From positions 64,001 through 128,000 of the forward strand of contig CAVUMN010000003.1 in assembly GCA_963742735.1 (NCBI GenBank): a DNA stretch of 64,000 nt, written 5' to 3'. Made by a program: the position numbers and the translations under genes. The notes below the pieces were generated by a model. It saw only the letters and a list, made by a program, of their open reading frames with translations. It was not told the DNA's origin and did not search any database. This DNA is from an uncultured Actinomycetes bacterium. Its GTDB lineage: Bacteria > Actinomycetota > UBA4738 > JBBDTT01. How positions within the stretch are numbered: position 1 is the stretch's first letter; each line of letters opens with the position of its first letter. Positions 1 through 9,610 of this stretch are shown here, piece by piece.

Positions 1-1
1 C

Positions 2-1036
2 CCCGGCGACGGCACTGGACCCGAGGTCGTGCACGAGGGCCTCAAGGTCATCGAGGCCGTCCGCGACGGGTTCGACCTCGAGACCGTCACCTACGACCTG
101 GGCGGTGAGCGCTACCTGCGAACCGGCGAGACGCTGCCCGACCACGTCCTGGAGGAGCTCCGCGGGCTCGACGCGATCTACCTGGGGGCGATCGGCCATC
201 CGGACGTGCCGCCGGGGGTCCTCGAGCGCGAGGTGCTGCTGCGGATCCGCTTCGAGCTGGACCAGTACATCAACCTGCGGCCCGTGCAGCTCTACCCGGG
301 CGTCACGAGCCCGGTCCGCGACCTGACCCCCGATGACGTCGATCTGGTGTTCGTTCGCGAGAACTCCGAGGGCCTGTACACGGGCGCCGGGCGGATCGAG
401 GCGAAGGACACCCCCGACGAGCTCGCGGTCCAGGAGAGCGTCAACACCCGGCGCGGGGTCGAGCGCTGCGTGCGATTCGCGTTCGACCACGCCATGCGCC
501 CGGACCGCCGCCGCCACGTGACGCTCGTCCACAAGACCAACGTGTTGAATCACTCGGGCGACCTGTGGCGGCGGACGTTCGAGGCCGTCGCCGACGAGTA
601 TCCGGACGTCCGCACCGACTACATCCACGTCGACGCGGCCTGCATGTACCTGATCGAGGACCCCGCCCGGTTCGACGTCATCGTTACCGACAACATGTTC
701 GGCGACATCCTCACGGACCTCGCCGCGATGATGCAGGGCGGGATGGGCGTGGCCGCCGGCGGCAACCTGAACCCCGGCCCGGACGGCGTGTCGATGTTCG
801 AGCCGATCGGCGGGACCGCCCCGGAGCACACCGGCAAGGGCACGATCAACCCGATCGCGGCGATCGCCGCGGCGGGCATGCTCCTGGAGTCGCTCGGGCA
901 GGCCGGAGCGGCCCGCCGCGTGGACGCCGGCGTGCGGTTCGCGGTCTCGAAGATGGCCTCGATGCGCGCGGGGGAGATGGGGTTCTCGACGAGCGAGGTC
1001 GGCGACCTGGTCGTGGAGGGAGCCCGGAATGCGTGA
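2..1036 (+). CDS. leuB: 3-isopropylmalate dehydrogenase (5' end outside window)
   Basis: PGDGTGPEV, RENSEG, VHKTNV, TDNMFGDILTD motifs; frame open to the window edge. Confidence 0.9.
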   Translation, partial: PGDGTGPEVVHEGLKVIEAVRDGFDLETVTYDLGGERYLRTGETLPDHVLEELRGLDAIYLGAIGHPDVPPGVLEREVLLRIRFELDQYINLRPVQLYPGVTSPVRDLTPDDVDLVFVRENSEGLYTGAGRIEAKDTPDELAVQESVNTRRGVERCVRFAFDHAMRPDRRRHVTLVHKTNVLNHSGDLWRRTFEAVADEYPDVRTDYIHVDAACMYLIEDPARFDVIVTDNMFGDILTDLAAMMQGGMGVAAGGNLNPGPDGVSMFEPIGGTAPEHTGKGTINPIAAIAAAGMLLESLGQAGAARRVDAGVRFAVSKMASMRAGEMGFSTSEVGDLVVEGARNA

Positions 1037-2588
1037 GGTCGAGCTCTACGACACCACGCTGCGCGACGGCTCTCAGCGGGCCGGACTCCAGTTCTCGCTC
1101 GACGACAAGCTCAAGGTGCTGCACGCGCTGGACTCGATCGGCGTGGCCTACGTCGAGGGCGGGTGGCCGGGCGCCAACCCGCGCGACACCGAGTTCTTCC
1201 GGCTGGCCCAGACGGAGCCCCTGAAGCGGACCACCCTCACCGCGTTCGGCTCGACCCGCAAGGCCGGCGAGCCCGCCGAGGACAGCCAGGTCCTGCGGGA
1301 TCTGCTCGACGCGGAGACGTCCGTGGTCTGCCTGGTGGGCAAGTCGTGGGACCTGCACGTCGTCGAGACCCTGAAGACGTCCGTCGAGGAGAACCTGGCG
1401 ATGGTCGCCGACTCGGTGGCCTTCCTGCGCGCCGAGGGCCGGAGGGTGTTCTTCGACGCCGAGCACTTCTTCGACGGGTACCGGGCGAACCCCGAGTACG
1501 CGCTCTCGGTGATCCGCGCGGCCGCGGAGGCCGGGGCCGAGCGGCTGGTCCTGTGCGACACGAACGGAGGCACCGTCCCCGGCGACGCCCGTCGCGTGGT
1601 GTGGGACGTCGCCGAACGGACCGAGACCCCGCTGGGCGTGCACTTCCACGACGACGCCGGATGCGCCGTGGCCAACTCGCTGCTCGCCGTCGAGGCCGGG
1701 GCGGTGCAGGTCCAGGGCTGCGTGAACGGCTACGGCGAGCGGTGCGGCAACGCCGACCTGATCCCGATCGCCGCCGGCCTGGTCCTGAAGCTGGGGCTGC
1801 CCGCGCTTCCCGAGGGGAGCGTCGAGCGCCTCACCGAGCTCGCCCACGTGGTCGCCGAGATCGCGAACGAGTCCCCCGATCCACACCAGCCCTACGTCGG
1901 GCGCAACGCGTTCGCGCACAAGGCCGGGCTGCACGTCAGCGCGCTCGCCCGCCGGCCCGACGCCTACGAGCACATCCCGCCGGCAAGCGTCGGCAACACC
2001 AGCCACATCGTGGTCAGCGACCTCGCCGGGCGGCAGAACCTCCTGCGAAAGGCCGCCGAGCTCGGCGTGCCGTTGCACCCCGACGGCGTCGAGAAGGCCC
2101 TGGCCGCGCTGAAGGACCACGAGGCCGAGGGGTACGCGTTCGAGGCGGCCGATGCGTCGCTCGAGCTGTTCCTGCGCCGTCACGACGGCTGGAGGCAGGA
2201 GTTCTTCGAGATCGAGTCGTTCCGGGTCCACGTCGAGGAGCGCGAGGGCGCCGGCTCCCAGGCCGAGGCCACCGTCAAGGTCCGGGCCCGGGGAGAGCGC
2301 CACATCGCCACCGCCGAGGGGCGTGGCCCGGTCGGGGCGCTCGACAACGCGCTGCGACAGGCCCTCGGGAAGATCTATCCGCTGCTCGAGGAGATCACGC
2401 TCACCGACTACCGCGTCCGCGTGCTCGACGAGAAGAAGGGGACCCAGGCCGTGGTCCGGGTCCTGATCGAGTCGAGCGACGGCGACAAGGAGTGGTCGAC
2501 CGTCGGGGTGTCGGACAACATCATCGAGGCCTCGTGGGAGGCGCTCGCCGACGCCCTCACCTATGGGCTCCTCCACCCGCGCGCGTGA
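1029..2588 (+). CDS. cimA: citramalate synthase
   Basis: YDTTLRDG, EGGWPGANP, FFDAEHFFDGY, GYGERCGNA, C-terminal LeuA-type regulatory domain. Confidence 0.92.
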   Translation: MREVELYDTTLRDGSQRAGLQFSLDDKLKVLHALDSIGVAYVEGGWPGANPRDTEFFRLAQTEPLKRTTLTAFGSTRKAGEPAEDSQVLRDLLDAETSVVCLVGKSWDLHVVETLKTSVEENLAMVADSVAFLRAEGRRVFFDAEHFFDGYRANPEYALSVIRAAAEAGAERLVLCDTNGGTVPGDARRVVWDVAERTETPLGVHFHDDAGCAVANSLLAVEAGAVQVQGCVNGYGERCGNADLIPIAAGLVLKLGLPALPEGSVERLTELAHVVAEIANESPDPHQPYVGRNAFAHKAGLHVSALARRPDAYEHIPPASVGNTSHIVVSDLAGRQNLLRKAAELGVPLHPDGVEKALAALKDHEAEGYAFEAADASLELFLRRHDGWRQEFFEIESFRVHVEEREGAGSQAEATVKVRARGERHIATAEGRGPVGALDNALRQALGKIYPLLEEITLTDYRVRVLDEKKGTQAVVRVLIESSDGDKEWSTVGVSDNIIEASWEALADALTYGLLHPRA

Positions 2589-3448
2589 GCGAGCGGGGGA
2601 ACCTCAAGCCGGTCCCCGAGGGGCGGTTGCGCGTCGCCTACCAGGGCGAGCCGGGCGCGTACAGCGAGGACGCCCTGCATCGGTTCTTCGGCGAGCCGCA
2701 GGCGGACCCGGCGCCGTGCCCCTCGATCCGCGAGGTGTTCGAGCAGGTGGAGATCCGCTCGGTCGACTACGGCGTGGTCCCTCTGGAGAACTCCCAGGCG
2801 GGCTCGATCAACGAGACCTACAACCTGCTCCTGCGCCACGGGGTGCGTCTGGTCGGGCAGGTCGTGATCGGCGTGGACCACGCGCTGCTGGCCGTTCCGG
2901 GCACGACGCTGGCCGACGTGAAGAAGGTCTACTCGCACCCCCAGGCCCTCGCCCAGTGCGAGGAGTTCCTGTCGCAACTCGACGGCGTCGAGGCGGTCCC
3001 GGCCCTGGACACCGCGGGCGCCGCCAAGCAGGTCGCCGACGAGGGCCGGACCGACCAGGCCGCGGTGGCCGGGCGGCGGGCGGCGGAGCTGTACGGGCTG
3101 ACGATCCTCGCCGAGGGGATCCAGACCTACCCGCAGAACTACACGAAGTTCGGCGTGATCGGTGAGCCGTCCTCGAGGTTCGGCGAGCCCGACACGACGT
3201 CGATCGTGTTCGCGGTCTCGGACGTCCCCGGCTCGCTGCTCAAGTGCCTGGAGCCCTTCGCGGAGCGGGGGATCAACCTGCACAAGATCGAGTCGCGTCC
3301 GCAGGCCGCGCGCCCGTGGCGGTACTCGATCTACCTGGACTTCCAGGCCGCGGCCGAGGACCCCAAGGCGGTCGAGGCCCTGGCCGAGATGGCCGACCAC
3401 ACCAGCTTCGTCCGCGTGCTCGGCACGTACCGCGCCTGGCAGGACTGA
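2585..3448 (+). CDS. pheA: prephenate dehydratase
   Basis: VAYQGEPGAYSE, PLENS, SHPQALAQC, ACT domain KIESRP; GTGA overlap with cimA stop. Confidence 0.92.
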   Translation: MSERGNLKPVPEGRLRVAYQGEPGAYSEDALHRFFGEPQADPAPCPSIREVFEQVEIRSVDYGVVPLENSQAGSINETYNLLLRHGVRLVGQVVIGVDHALLAVPGTTLADVKKVYSHPQALAQCEEFLSQLDGVEAVPALDTAGAAKQVADEGRTDQAAVAGRRAAELYGLTILAEGIQTYPQNYTKFGVIGEPSSRFGEPDTTSIVFAVSDVPGSLLKCLEPFAERGINLHKIESRPQAARPWRYSIYLDFQAAAEDPKAVEALAEMADHTSFVRVLGTYRAWQD

Positions 3449-3648
3449 TCCGCCGGGGAAAAGTCCCCCGCGGAGCAGGAATGCTCACGGATCCGACGAA
3501 TTCCCACGATGCGCTCCGAGTGAGGAGGAGGGCGGCCTACAGCCCGCCCGCAGAGGCGCCCCAGCGGCCCCAGGAAGCCTCCGTCCTCCCCCTCACCCTT
3601 CGGCCCCGCTTGAGCCCCCAACGCGAACTTCCTTCGTAGACTCTGGCC

Positions 3649-5199
3649 GTGCCTCGCGCGCGCCCTCGCCGCCGCAGCAAGCCACCCTCCGAATCCGGGG
3701 GGTTCATGACGTTCGTCCTCGCGGTGCTGGTCCTGATCGCCGCCGTCGGCGTGTGGCGGCTCGGGGTCTTCGGCGGGGGCGACGAGAAGGCCTCCGGCGA
3801 CTCGCCCACCACGGACCTGTTCGGGAACGGGAGCTCGCCGAGCCCGTCGCCGTCGCCGACCCAGCTCGCCGGCGGCCCGATCAACCCGGAGTTCCCCGGG
3901 CTGACAACGTGGCGGGGGAACCTGACCCGCTCGTACTACGGCGAGGGCCCGGTGCCGTCGGCGCCCCAGATCCGGTGGCGGTACCCGTCGACCGGAGGGC
4001 TGTGCGGGCCGTCGGACGGCACGACCTGGTGCGGCACGGGCTGGACCGGCCAGCCGAACGTCATTCCCCGCGAGGACGGCTCGGTCGAGGTCCGCATCGG
4101 GGCGTACGACCACGACTACCACTTCCTGGACGGGGCCACGGGTGAGTCCGTCCGCAACACCCTGGACACGGGCGATCTGGCGAAGGGCTCGGCGACGAGC
4201 GACCCCGACGGCTACCCGCTGTACTACGCGGGCTCCCGCGACAACTATCTGCGGATCGTGGCCCTGGACCGTGGGCAGGTCCCCGAGGTCCTGTGGCAGC
4301 TGAACTCGGAGACCAGCGTCTCGAACCCCGTCTGGAACGACGACTGGGACGGCGCCCCGCTGATCGTGGGCGACTACCTGCTGGAGGGCAGCGAGAACTC
4401 GTGGTTCTACGTGATCAAGATCAACCGCGGCTACGACGACGCGGGCAAGGTCACCGTGAACCCGAAGGTGGTCGCCGCGGTCCCCGGGTTTGACGACGAG
4501 CTGTTCGCGTCCATCCCCGACGACGACGTATCGATCGAGTCCTCGGTCGCGTTCCACGAGGGCGTCGCGTACTTCGTGAACTCCGGCGGCCTGGTGCAGG
4601 GGTGGGACATCAGCGACATCCTCGACGGCGGCACGAACATCAACCGCGTGTTCCGGTACTGGAACGGCAACGACTCCGACGGGACGATCGCCATCGACGA
4701 CGAGGGCTTCCTATACGTGCCCCGCCACGGCGAGGAGCGCCGCTCGACGACCCGAGAGACCGAGGTCGGCGACATCATGAAGCTCGACCCGAGCAAGCCG
4801 AACGACCCGGTCGTGTGGTCCGTCCACGTCTCGCTGGGCAGCGAGCAGGACGGCGGGATCTGGTCCACGCCCGCGCTGTACGGGAACCTCGTGTACGTCA
4901 CGACGCACTACGGGGAGCTCATCGCCATCCATCGCGAGACGGGCGTGGTGAAGTGGAAGATCAAGTTCCCCGAGGGACACACGTGGACCTCCCCGACCGT
5001 CGTCGACGACACGCTGGTGGTGGGGGACTGCGGCGGGACGCTGCACGCCTACGACATCTCGCGGCCGGGTAAGAAGCCGCCGGAGCTGTGGTCCCTCGAG
5101 CTCGAGGGATGCATCGAGTCCACGCCGGCGATCTGGGACGGGTGGATCTACGTCGGCACGCGGGGCGGGCCGGTCTACGGCATCGCCGACCCGGCCTGA
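3649..5199 (+). CDS. membrane-anchored PQQ-like beta-propeller protein
   Basis: N-terminal TM, Ser/Pro linker, repeated STPA/W blade motifs; TAGACT -10 just before GTG. Confidence 0.75.
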   Translation: MPRARPRRRSKPPSESGGFMTFVLAVLVLIAAVGVWRLGVFGGGDEKASGDSPTTDLFGNGSSPSPSPSPTQLAGGPINPEFPGLTTWRGNLTRSYYGEGPVPSAPQIRWRYPSTGGLCGPSDGTTWCGTGWTGQPNVIPREDGSVEVRIGAYDHDYHFLDGATGESVRNTLDTGDLAKGSATSDPDGYPLYYAGSRDNYLRIVALDRGQVPEVLWQLNSETSVSNPVWNDDWDGAPLIVGDYLLEGSENSWFYVIKINRGYDDAGKVTVNPKVVAAVPGFDDELFASIPDDDVSIESSVAFHEGVAYFVNSGGLVQGWDISDILDGGTNINRVFRYWNGNDSDGTIAIDDEGFLYVPRHGEERRSTTRETEVGDIMKLDPSKPNDPVVWSVHVSLGSEQDGGIWSTPALYGNLVYVTTHYGELIAIHRETGVVKWKIKFPEGHTWTSPTVVDDTLVVGDCGGTLHAYDISRPGKKPPELWSLELEGCIESTPAIWDGWIYVGTRGGPVYGIADPA

Positions 5200-5204
5200 G
5201 GGAC

Positions 5205-5981
5205 ATGCCCGACCCGGTCGAGGCCCGCGCGGCCGGATTTCGCCGCCTGACGGTCGTGCTGATCGTGCTCACCGGCGCGCTGGCGCTCCTGCGGCTGGGG
5301 CCGCTGGCGCCGGACGATCCGTCGCCCCGCGGCACGGCGAGCCCCACGACCCCGGGGCCGACCGCCGACCCGCTGCCGGAGTGCCGGTACGCCGAGGCCT
5401 CGGTCCGTCTGGCCGGCTACGACGACTGGGCGCGGACGCTGGTCGACACGCGGCTCCGTCTGCCGCCCGACTACGAGCCCTCGGACCTCGTCTCCACGGA
5501 GGGTGCCGGGTTCGCCGGGCCGTTCTCGGTTCGGCAGTTTCTGATCGCGAACCTCGGCGCCCTGCGCGAGGCGGCCGAGGCCGCGGGGAACCCGATCGAG
5601 CTTGCGGCGGCGCACCGGACCTTCGACCAGCAGGCCTTCCTCTTCGAGCAGCGCGAGGCCCAGCTCGGTCACGACGAGGCCCTCAAGCGGGTGGCCCGGC
5701 CCGGCCACTCGGAGCACCAGCTGGGTACGACCGTGGACTTCAAGACGGCCGGCGCCGCCGATGTCGACCAGGCGTGGGCCTCGACCCCCGCGGGCGCCTG
5801 GACCATCGCCCACGCCGCGGAGTTCGGCTTCGTCCTGTCGTACCCGAGGGGCCGGCAGCCCATGACCTGCTACCTGTACGAGCCCTGGCACTTCCGCTAC
5901 TTCGGCGTGCAGAGGGCGCAGAGGATCGTGGAGAGCGGCCTGACGGTCCGCGAGTTCCTGTGGCAGGAGCAGCGCCGCTGA
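5205..5981 (+). CDS. M15 (VanY-like) D-Ala-D-Ala carboxypeptidase
   Basis: ARPGHSEHQLGTTVD and YEPWHFRY motifs; N-terminal TM. Confidence 0.88.
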   Translation: MPDPVEARAAGFRRLTVVLIVLTGALALLRLGPLAPDDPSPRGTASPTTPGPTADPLPECRYAEASVRLAGYDDWARTLVDTRLRLPPDYEPSDLVSTEGAGFAGPFSVRQFLIANLGALREAAEAAGNPIELAAAHRTFDQQAFLFEQREAQLGHDEALKRVARPGHSEHQLGTTVDFKTAGAADVDQAWASTPAGAWTIAHAAEFGFVLSYPRGRQPMTCYLYEPWHFRYFGVQRAQRIVESGLTVREFLWQEQRR

Positions 5982-5997
5982 GCTCCGGCAGCTCGGG

Positions 5998-6321
5998 TCA
6001 GCCGCGGCGGCCGAGGTGCTCCCGCAGCGCCTCCAGGCGGGCGTCCCACTCCGAGCCGACGCCGGCCATCCAGCTGACCGCGCTCGACATCGGGCCCGGC
6101 GTGAACCGGTAACGGACCTCGCGGCCCTCCTTGCTCGCGGCGACCAGGCCGGCATCGGCCAGCGCGGCCAGATGCTTCGACACGGCCTGCCGGGTCACGG
6201 GGAGCTCCGCGGCGAGCTCGGTGGCGGTGAGCGCCCCCCGTTCGGCGAGCCGCCCCATGACCTCGCGGCGGGTGGGGTCGGCCAGGGCGGCGAAGACCGC
6301 GTCGGCGGGGTCGCGGGTCAT
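5998..6321 (-). CDS. ArsR/SmtB family transcriptional regulator
   Basis: [11 protein letters not shown]...TRQAVSKHL...GREVRY. Confidence 0.9.
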   Translation of the reverse strand: MTRDPADAVFAALADPTRREVMGRLAERGALTATELAAELPVTRQAVSKHLAALADAGLVAASKEGREVRYRFTPGPMSSAVSWMAGVGSEWDARLEALREHLGRRG

Positions 6322-6659
6322 GCCACCGCCTCCTCCGCGACCTCCAGATGGGTGCCGTCCGCCAGCGGCGCCAGCTCGAAGATGACTCTGGTGGGCCGGC
6401 GACGGCGGGCCCGCCCGTCCAGTGCCCGGTCGAACGGGGCCCATCGGAACGCGAACCGCCTCGCCGGGTCCCACTCCTCGATGACGGCGTCGCGCCGGCT
6501 GCCGTCGGGCCAGCGGAACTCCAGGCGGCCGCCCTCGGAGAACTCGCCGGCCGCCACGGCGCCGAACCACTCGGCCAGGCGCTCGGGATCGGAGAGGGCG
6601 TCCCACACCTCGCCCGGGTCACCCGGGAGGTCGATCGCCCGCTTGACGCCTTCGCTCAT
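6318..6659 (-). CDS. SRPBCC/AHSA1 domain protein
   Basis: [21 protein letters not shown]; ATGA overlap with arsR. Confidence 0.85.
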   Translation of the reverse strand: MSEGVKRAIDLPGDPGEVWDALSDPERLAEWFGAVAAGEFSEGGRLEFRWPDGSRRDAVIEEWDPARRFAFRWAPFDRALDGRARRRRPTRVIFELAPLADGTHLEVAEEAVA

Positions 6660-6661
6660 TC

Positions 6662-6719
6662 GCAACTCCCGGGTTGCACTTCTGGCGGCCGGCGCGTAAC
6701 CTGCAACCTGAAGGTTGCA
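6662..6719. promoter_or_regulatory. two GCAAC-N6-GTTGC palindromes, likely ArsR operators
   Basis: GCAACTCCCGGGTTGC (6662-6677) and TGCAACCTGAAGGTTGCA (6702-6719) in the divergent gap. Confidence 0.7.
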
Positions 6720-6740
6720 CTCTACCAGGAGGTCCCGATC

Positions 6741-7385
6741 ATGTCCGAGACGCTCGTTCCCATGGTCATCGAGCAGACCGCGCGCGGCGAGCGGTCGTTC
6801 GACATCTACTCACGGCTGCTCAAGGACCGGGTGGTGTTCGTCGGCACGCCCATCGACGACATGGTCGCGAACCTGATCACCGCCCAGCTGCTGCACCTGG
6901 AGTCCGAGGACCCCGAGAAGGACATCGCGATCTACCTGAACTCGCCCGGCGGGCACATGACGAGCCTGTTCGCGATCTACGACACCATGCAGTACGTGAA
7001 GCCCGACGTGTCCACGACGGTCGTCGGCCAGGCCGCGTCGGCCGCGGCGGTTCTGCTCGCCGCCGGCACCAAGGGCAAGCGCTACGCGCTCCCCAACGCC
7101 CGCGTCCTGATCCATCAGCCCCACGGCGGCGTGGAAGGCCAGGCCGTGGACATGGAGATCCACGCGAAGGAGGCCATCCGCCACCGCCAGCTCATGGACC
7201 GGCTGCTCTCCGAGCACACCGGCCAGCCGCTGGACAAGGTGTCGCACGACACCGATCGCGACTTCATCCTCACGGCCGAGCAGGCGAAGGACTACGGCCT
7301 GGTCGACGAGGTGATCACCAGCCGCGTCATGCCGTTCGTGCCGGCGTCCGAGTCCGTCGCCGGCAACGGGCATTCGAAGGGATAA
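6741..7385 (+). CDS. clpP: ATP-dependent Clp protease proteolytic subunit
   Basis: [36 protein letters not shown]; AGGAGG RBS. Confidence 0.95.
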   Translation: MSETLVPMVIEQTARGERSFDIYSRLLKDRVVFVGTPIDDMVANLITAQLLHLESEDPEKDIAIYLNSPGGHMTSLFAIYDTMQYVKPDVSTTVVGQAASAAAVLLAAGTKGKRYALPNARVLIHQPHGGVEGQAVDMEIHAKEAIRHRQLMDRLLSEHTGQPLDKVSHDTDRDFILTAEQAKDYGLVDEVITSRVMPFVPASESVAGNGHSKG

Positions 7386-7412
7386 CCGCCGGGCTGCGTT
7401 ACCCTGGGTGGG

Positions 7413-7880
7413 ATGCCGCCGCTGACGCCCGGAACCACCGCGCCTCCGATCCCCTCGGTCGCCTTCGACAAGCCCACCGCCGTCTACTTCTACAAGGTGA
7501 CCTGCCCGGTCTGTCAGCTGTCCGGGCCGGTCACCGAGACGTTCGAGCGGGCCTACCCGGGCCACATCGTCGGCGTTGGTCAGGACCCGCCGGAGAAACT
7601 CGAACAGTTCGCCTCGGACTTCGGCGTCTCGTTCCCTTCGGAGGTCGACCCGCCGCCGTATGACGTATCCAACGCCTACGGCATCCGCGTCGTCCCCACC
7701 CTGTACCTGATCGAGGACGGGACGGTCGCCGACGTCGCCGAGTCGTGGGATCGCGAGGGGTTCAACCGGATCTCCGAGCGCCTGGCCGCCTCGACCGGGC
7801 GCGAGTACGCCGTCATCTCCGAGGAGGGCGACGGCCTCCCCGCGTTCCGCCCCGGGTGAGGCTCTCGCAACGCTCACTAG
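7413..7880 (+). CDS. thioredoxin-fold/peroxiredoxin-like protein, probable selenoprotein (UGA 7857-7859 read as Sec; otherwise ends 7859)
   Basis: CPVC motif and VPT; ...FRPG-TGA-GSRNAH-TAG; hairpin just downstream of the UGA. Confidence 0.75.
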
Positions 7881-7890
7881 GTCAGTGAGC
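7860..7890 (+). promoter_or_regulatory. candidate bacterial SECIS element
   Basis: GCTCACT-AGGTC-AGTGAGC hairpin; loop starts 20 nt after UGA with G at loop position 2. Confidence 0.65.
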
Positions 7891-9423
7891 AGTCACCTGG
7901 ACGCCATCGTGATCGGCGCCGGCCACAACGGCCTGGTCGCCGCCTGCCTGCTGGCGAAGGAGGGCTTGCGGGTCGCCGTCCTGGAGCGCCGCGACGTGGT
8001 CGGCGGCGCGTGCGTGACCGAGGAGCTGACCCCCGGCTATCGCGTGTCGACCGCGGCCTACTCGATGGGGCTCCTCCGGCCGGAGATCGTCGAGGCCCTC
8101 GACCTGCACCGCCACGGCCTGTCCTACTACATCAAGGACCCCGCGCTGTTCGTCCCGCTGCTCGACGGCCGCTCGTTCATCGTGTGGCGCGAGCCGGACC
8201 GCACCCAGGAGGAGATCCGCGCGATCCACCCCGGCGACGCCGACGCCTACCCGCGGTGGGAGGCGTTCTGGGACGAGGTCGCCGCGGAGGTCCGGCCGCT
8301 GCTCCTGGCCGAGCCGCCGACGCTTGCCGCCCTGGAGCGCGAGATGTCGCGTCGCGGAAAGGAGGAGCTCTTCCGGCTGGCGATCACCGCCAGCGCCGAG
8401 GAGACGTGTGCCGCCTTCTTCGAGAGCGACGAGCTGCGGGGCGCGTTCGCCAGCCAGGGCATGATCGGCACGTTCGCCGGCCCCCGCGACCCCGGCACGG
8501 CCTTCGTGATGACCTACCACGCCTTCGGCGGCGACCTGGTGGGCGTGGACGGTGCCTGGTCCTACGTCCGCGGGGGGATGGGCGGGATCACCCAGGCGCT
8601 CGCGAAGGCGGCCGGCGAGCTCGGGGTCGAGGTCCGGACCGAGAGCCCGGTCGAGGAGGTCCTGATGGACGGCGCCGCGGTGGTGGGCGTCCGGCTCGCC
8701 GACGGGACCGAGCTCCACGCGCCGGTGGTCCTGTCCAACGCCGAGGCGAAGCGCACGCTCGCCCTGGTACCGCCCGACGCCGTCCCCGCGGAGTACGCGG
8801 CGCGCGTGGCGAGCAACGACACCACGGGCTCGGTGGTCAAGGTGAACCTGGTCCTGGACGAGCTTCCCGACTTCACCTCTCGCCCCGGCACGGAGCCCGG
8901 GCCGCAGCACTCCGGCACGATCGAGATCTCCCCGAGCGTCGAGTACCTCCAGGCCGCCTTCGACGACGCCGTCGCGGGGCGCGTGAGCGCCCGCCCGTTC
9001 ATGGAGGTGTTCATCCAGTCGGTCACCGACGACTCGCTGGCCCCGCCCGGCAAGCACGTCGCGTCCTGCTTCGCGCAGTGGGCGCCCGGGTCGGTGCCGA
9101 TGGCCGACTGGGAGCCGATGCGCGAGGCCGCGGGCGACGCGGTCGTCGGCGCGCTCGCCGAGTTCGCGCCCAACGTGCCGGACGCGATCCGGTTCCGCCA
9201 GGTCCTGGGGCCCGCCGACCTGGAGGCGCGCTTCGGGTTGACCGGAGGCAACATCTTCCACGGCGAGCTGCTACCCGGGAACATCCTGGCCGAGCGGCTG
9301 GGGGCGCGGACCCCCGTGGCCGGGCTCTACCTGTGCGGCTCGAGCGCGCACCCGGGGGGCGCCGTCACGGGTGCGCCCGGGTGGAACGCGGCGTGGGCGC
9401 TCCTGGCCGACCGCTCGGGCTGA
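7885..9423 (+). CDS. phytoene dehydrogenase-like FAD-dependent oxidoreductase
   Basis: IGAGHNGL, GGMGGI, GGNIFHGE, GLYLCGSSAHPGG. Confidence 0.88.
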   Translation: MSSHLDAIVIGAGHNGLVAACLLAKEGLRVAVLERRDVVGGACVTEELTPGYRVSTAAYSMGLLRPEIVEALDLHRHGLSYYIKDPALFVPLLDGRSFIVWREPDRTQEEIRAIHPGDADAYPRWEAFWDEVAAEVRPLLLAEPPTLAALEREMSRRGKEELFRLAITASAEETCAAFFESDELRGAFASQGMIGTFAGPRDPGTAFVMTYHAFGGDLVGVDGAWSYVRGGMGGITQALAKAAGELGVEVRTESPVEEVLMDGAAVVGVRLADGTELHAPVVLSNAEAKRTLALVPPDAVPAEYAARVASNDTTGSVVKVNLVLDELPDFTSRPGTEPGPQHSGTIEISPSVEYLQAAFDDAVAGRVSARPFMEVFIQSVTDDSLAPPGKHVASCFAQWAPGSVPMADWEPMREAAGDAVVGALAEFAPNVPDAIRFRQVLGPADLEARFGLTGGNIFHGELLPGNILAERLGARTPVAGLYLCGSSAHPGGAVTGAPGWNAAWALLADRSG

Positions 9424-9601
9424 ATCGCCGCCCGGCCGCCCGCCGGCGCTCGCCGAGCCCCACGAAGAACCCCACGACCACCAGGAAGTAGGCGAGCATC
9501 CCGCCCGCCACCCCGGCCACCAGGCCCAGACGTGTGAAGGACAGCTGGATGCCGGCCGCCGCCGACACGCACGCCAGGTAGTACAGGACCGCCTTGCCCA
9601 T
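9365..9601 (-). CDS. small membrane protein
   Basis: two hydrophobic segments; follows rhomboid gene; 3' end overlaps the convergent gene. Confidence 0.5.
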   Translation of the reverse strand: MGKAVLYYLACVSAAAGIQLSFTRLGLVAGVAGGMLAYFLVVVGFFVGLGERRRAAGRRFSPSGRPGAPTPRSTRAHP

Positions 9602-9610
9602 CGACTGGTT

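Noticed and set aside
5205-5981. VanY as a vancomycin resistance gene
   Set aside because: No vanHAX/vanRS context; generic M15 peptidase
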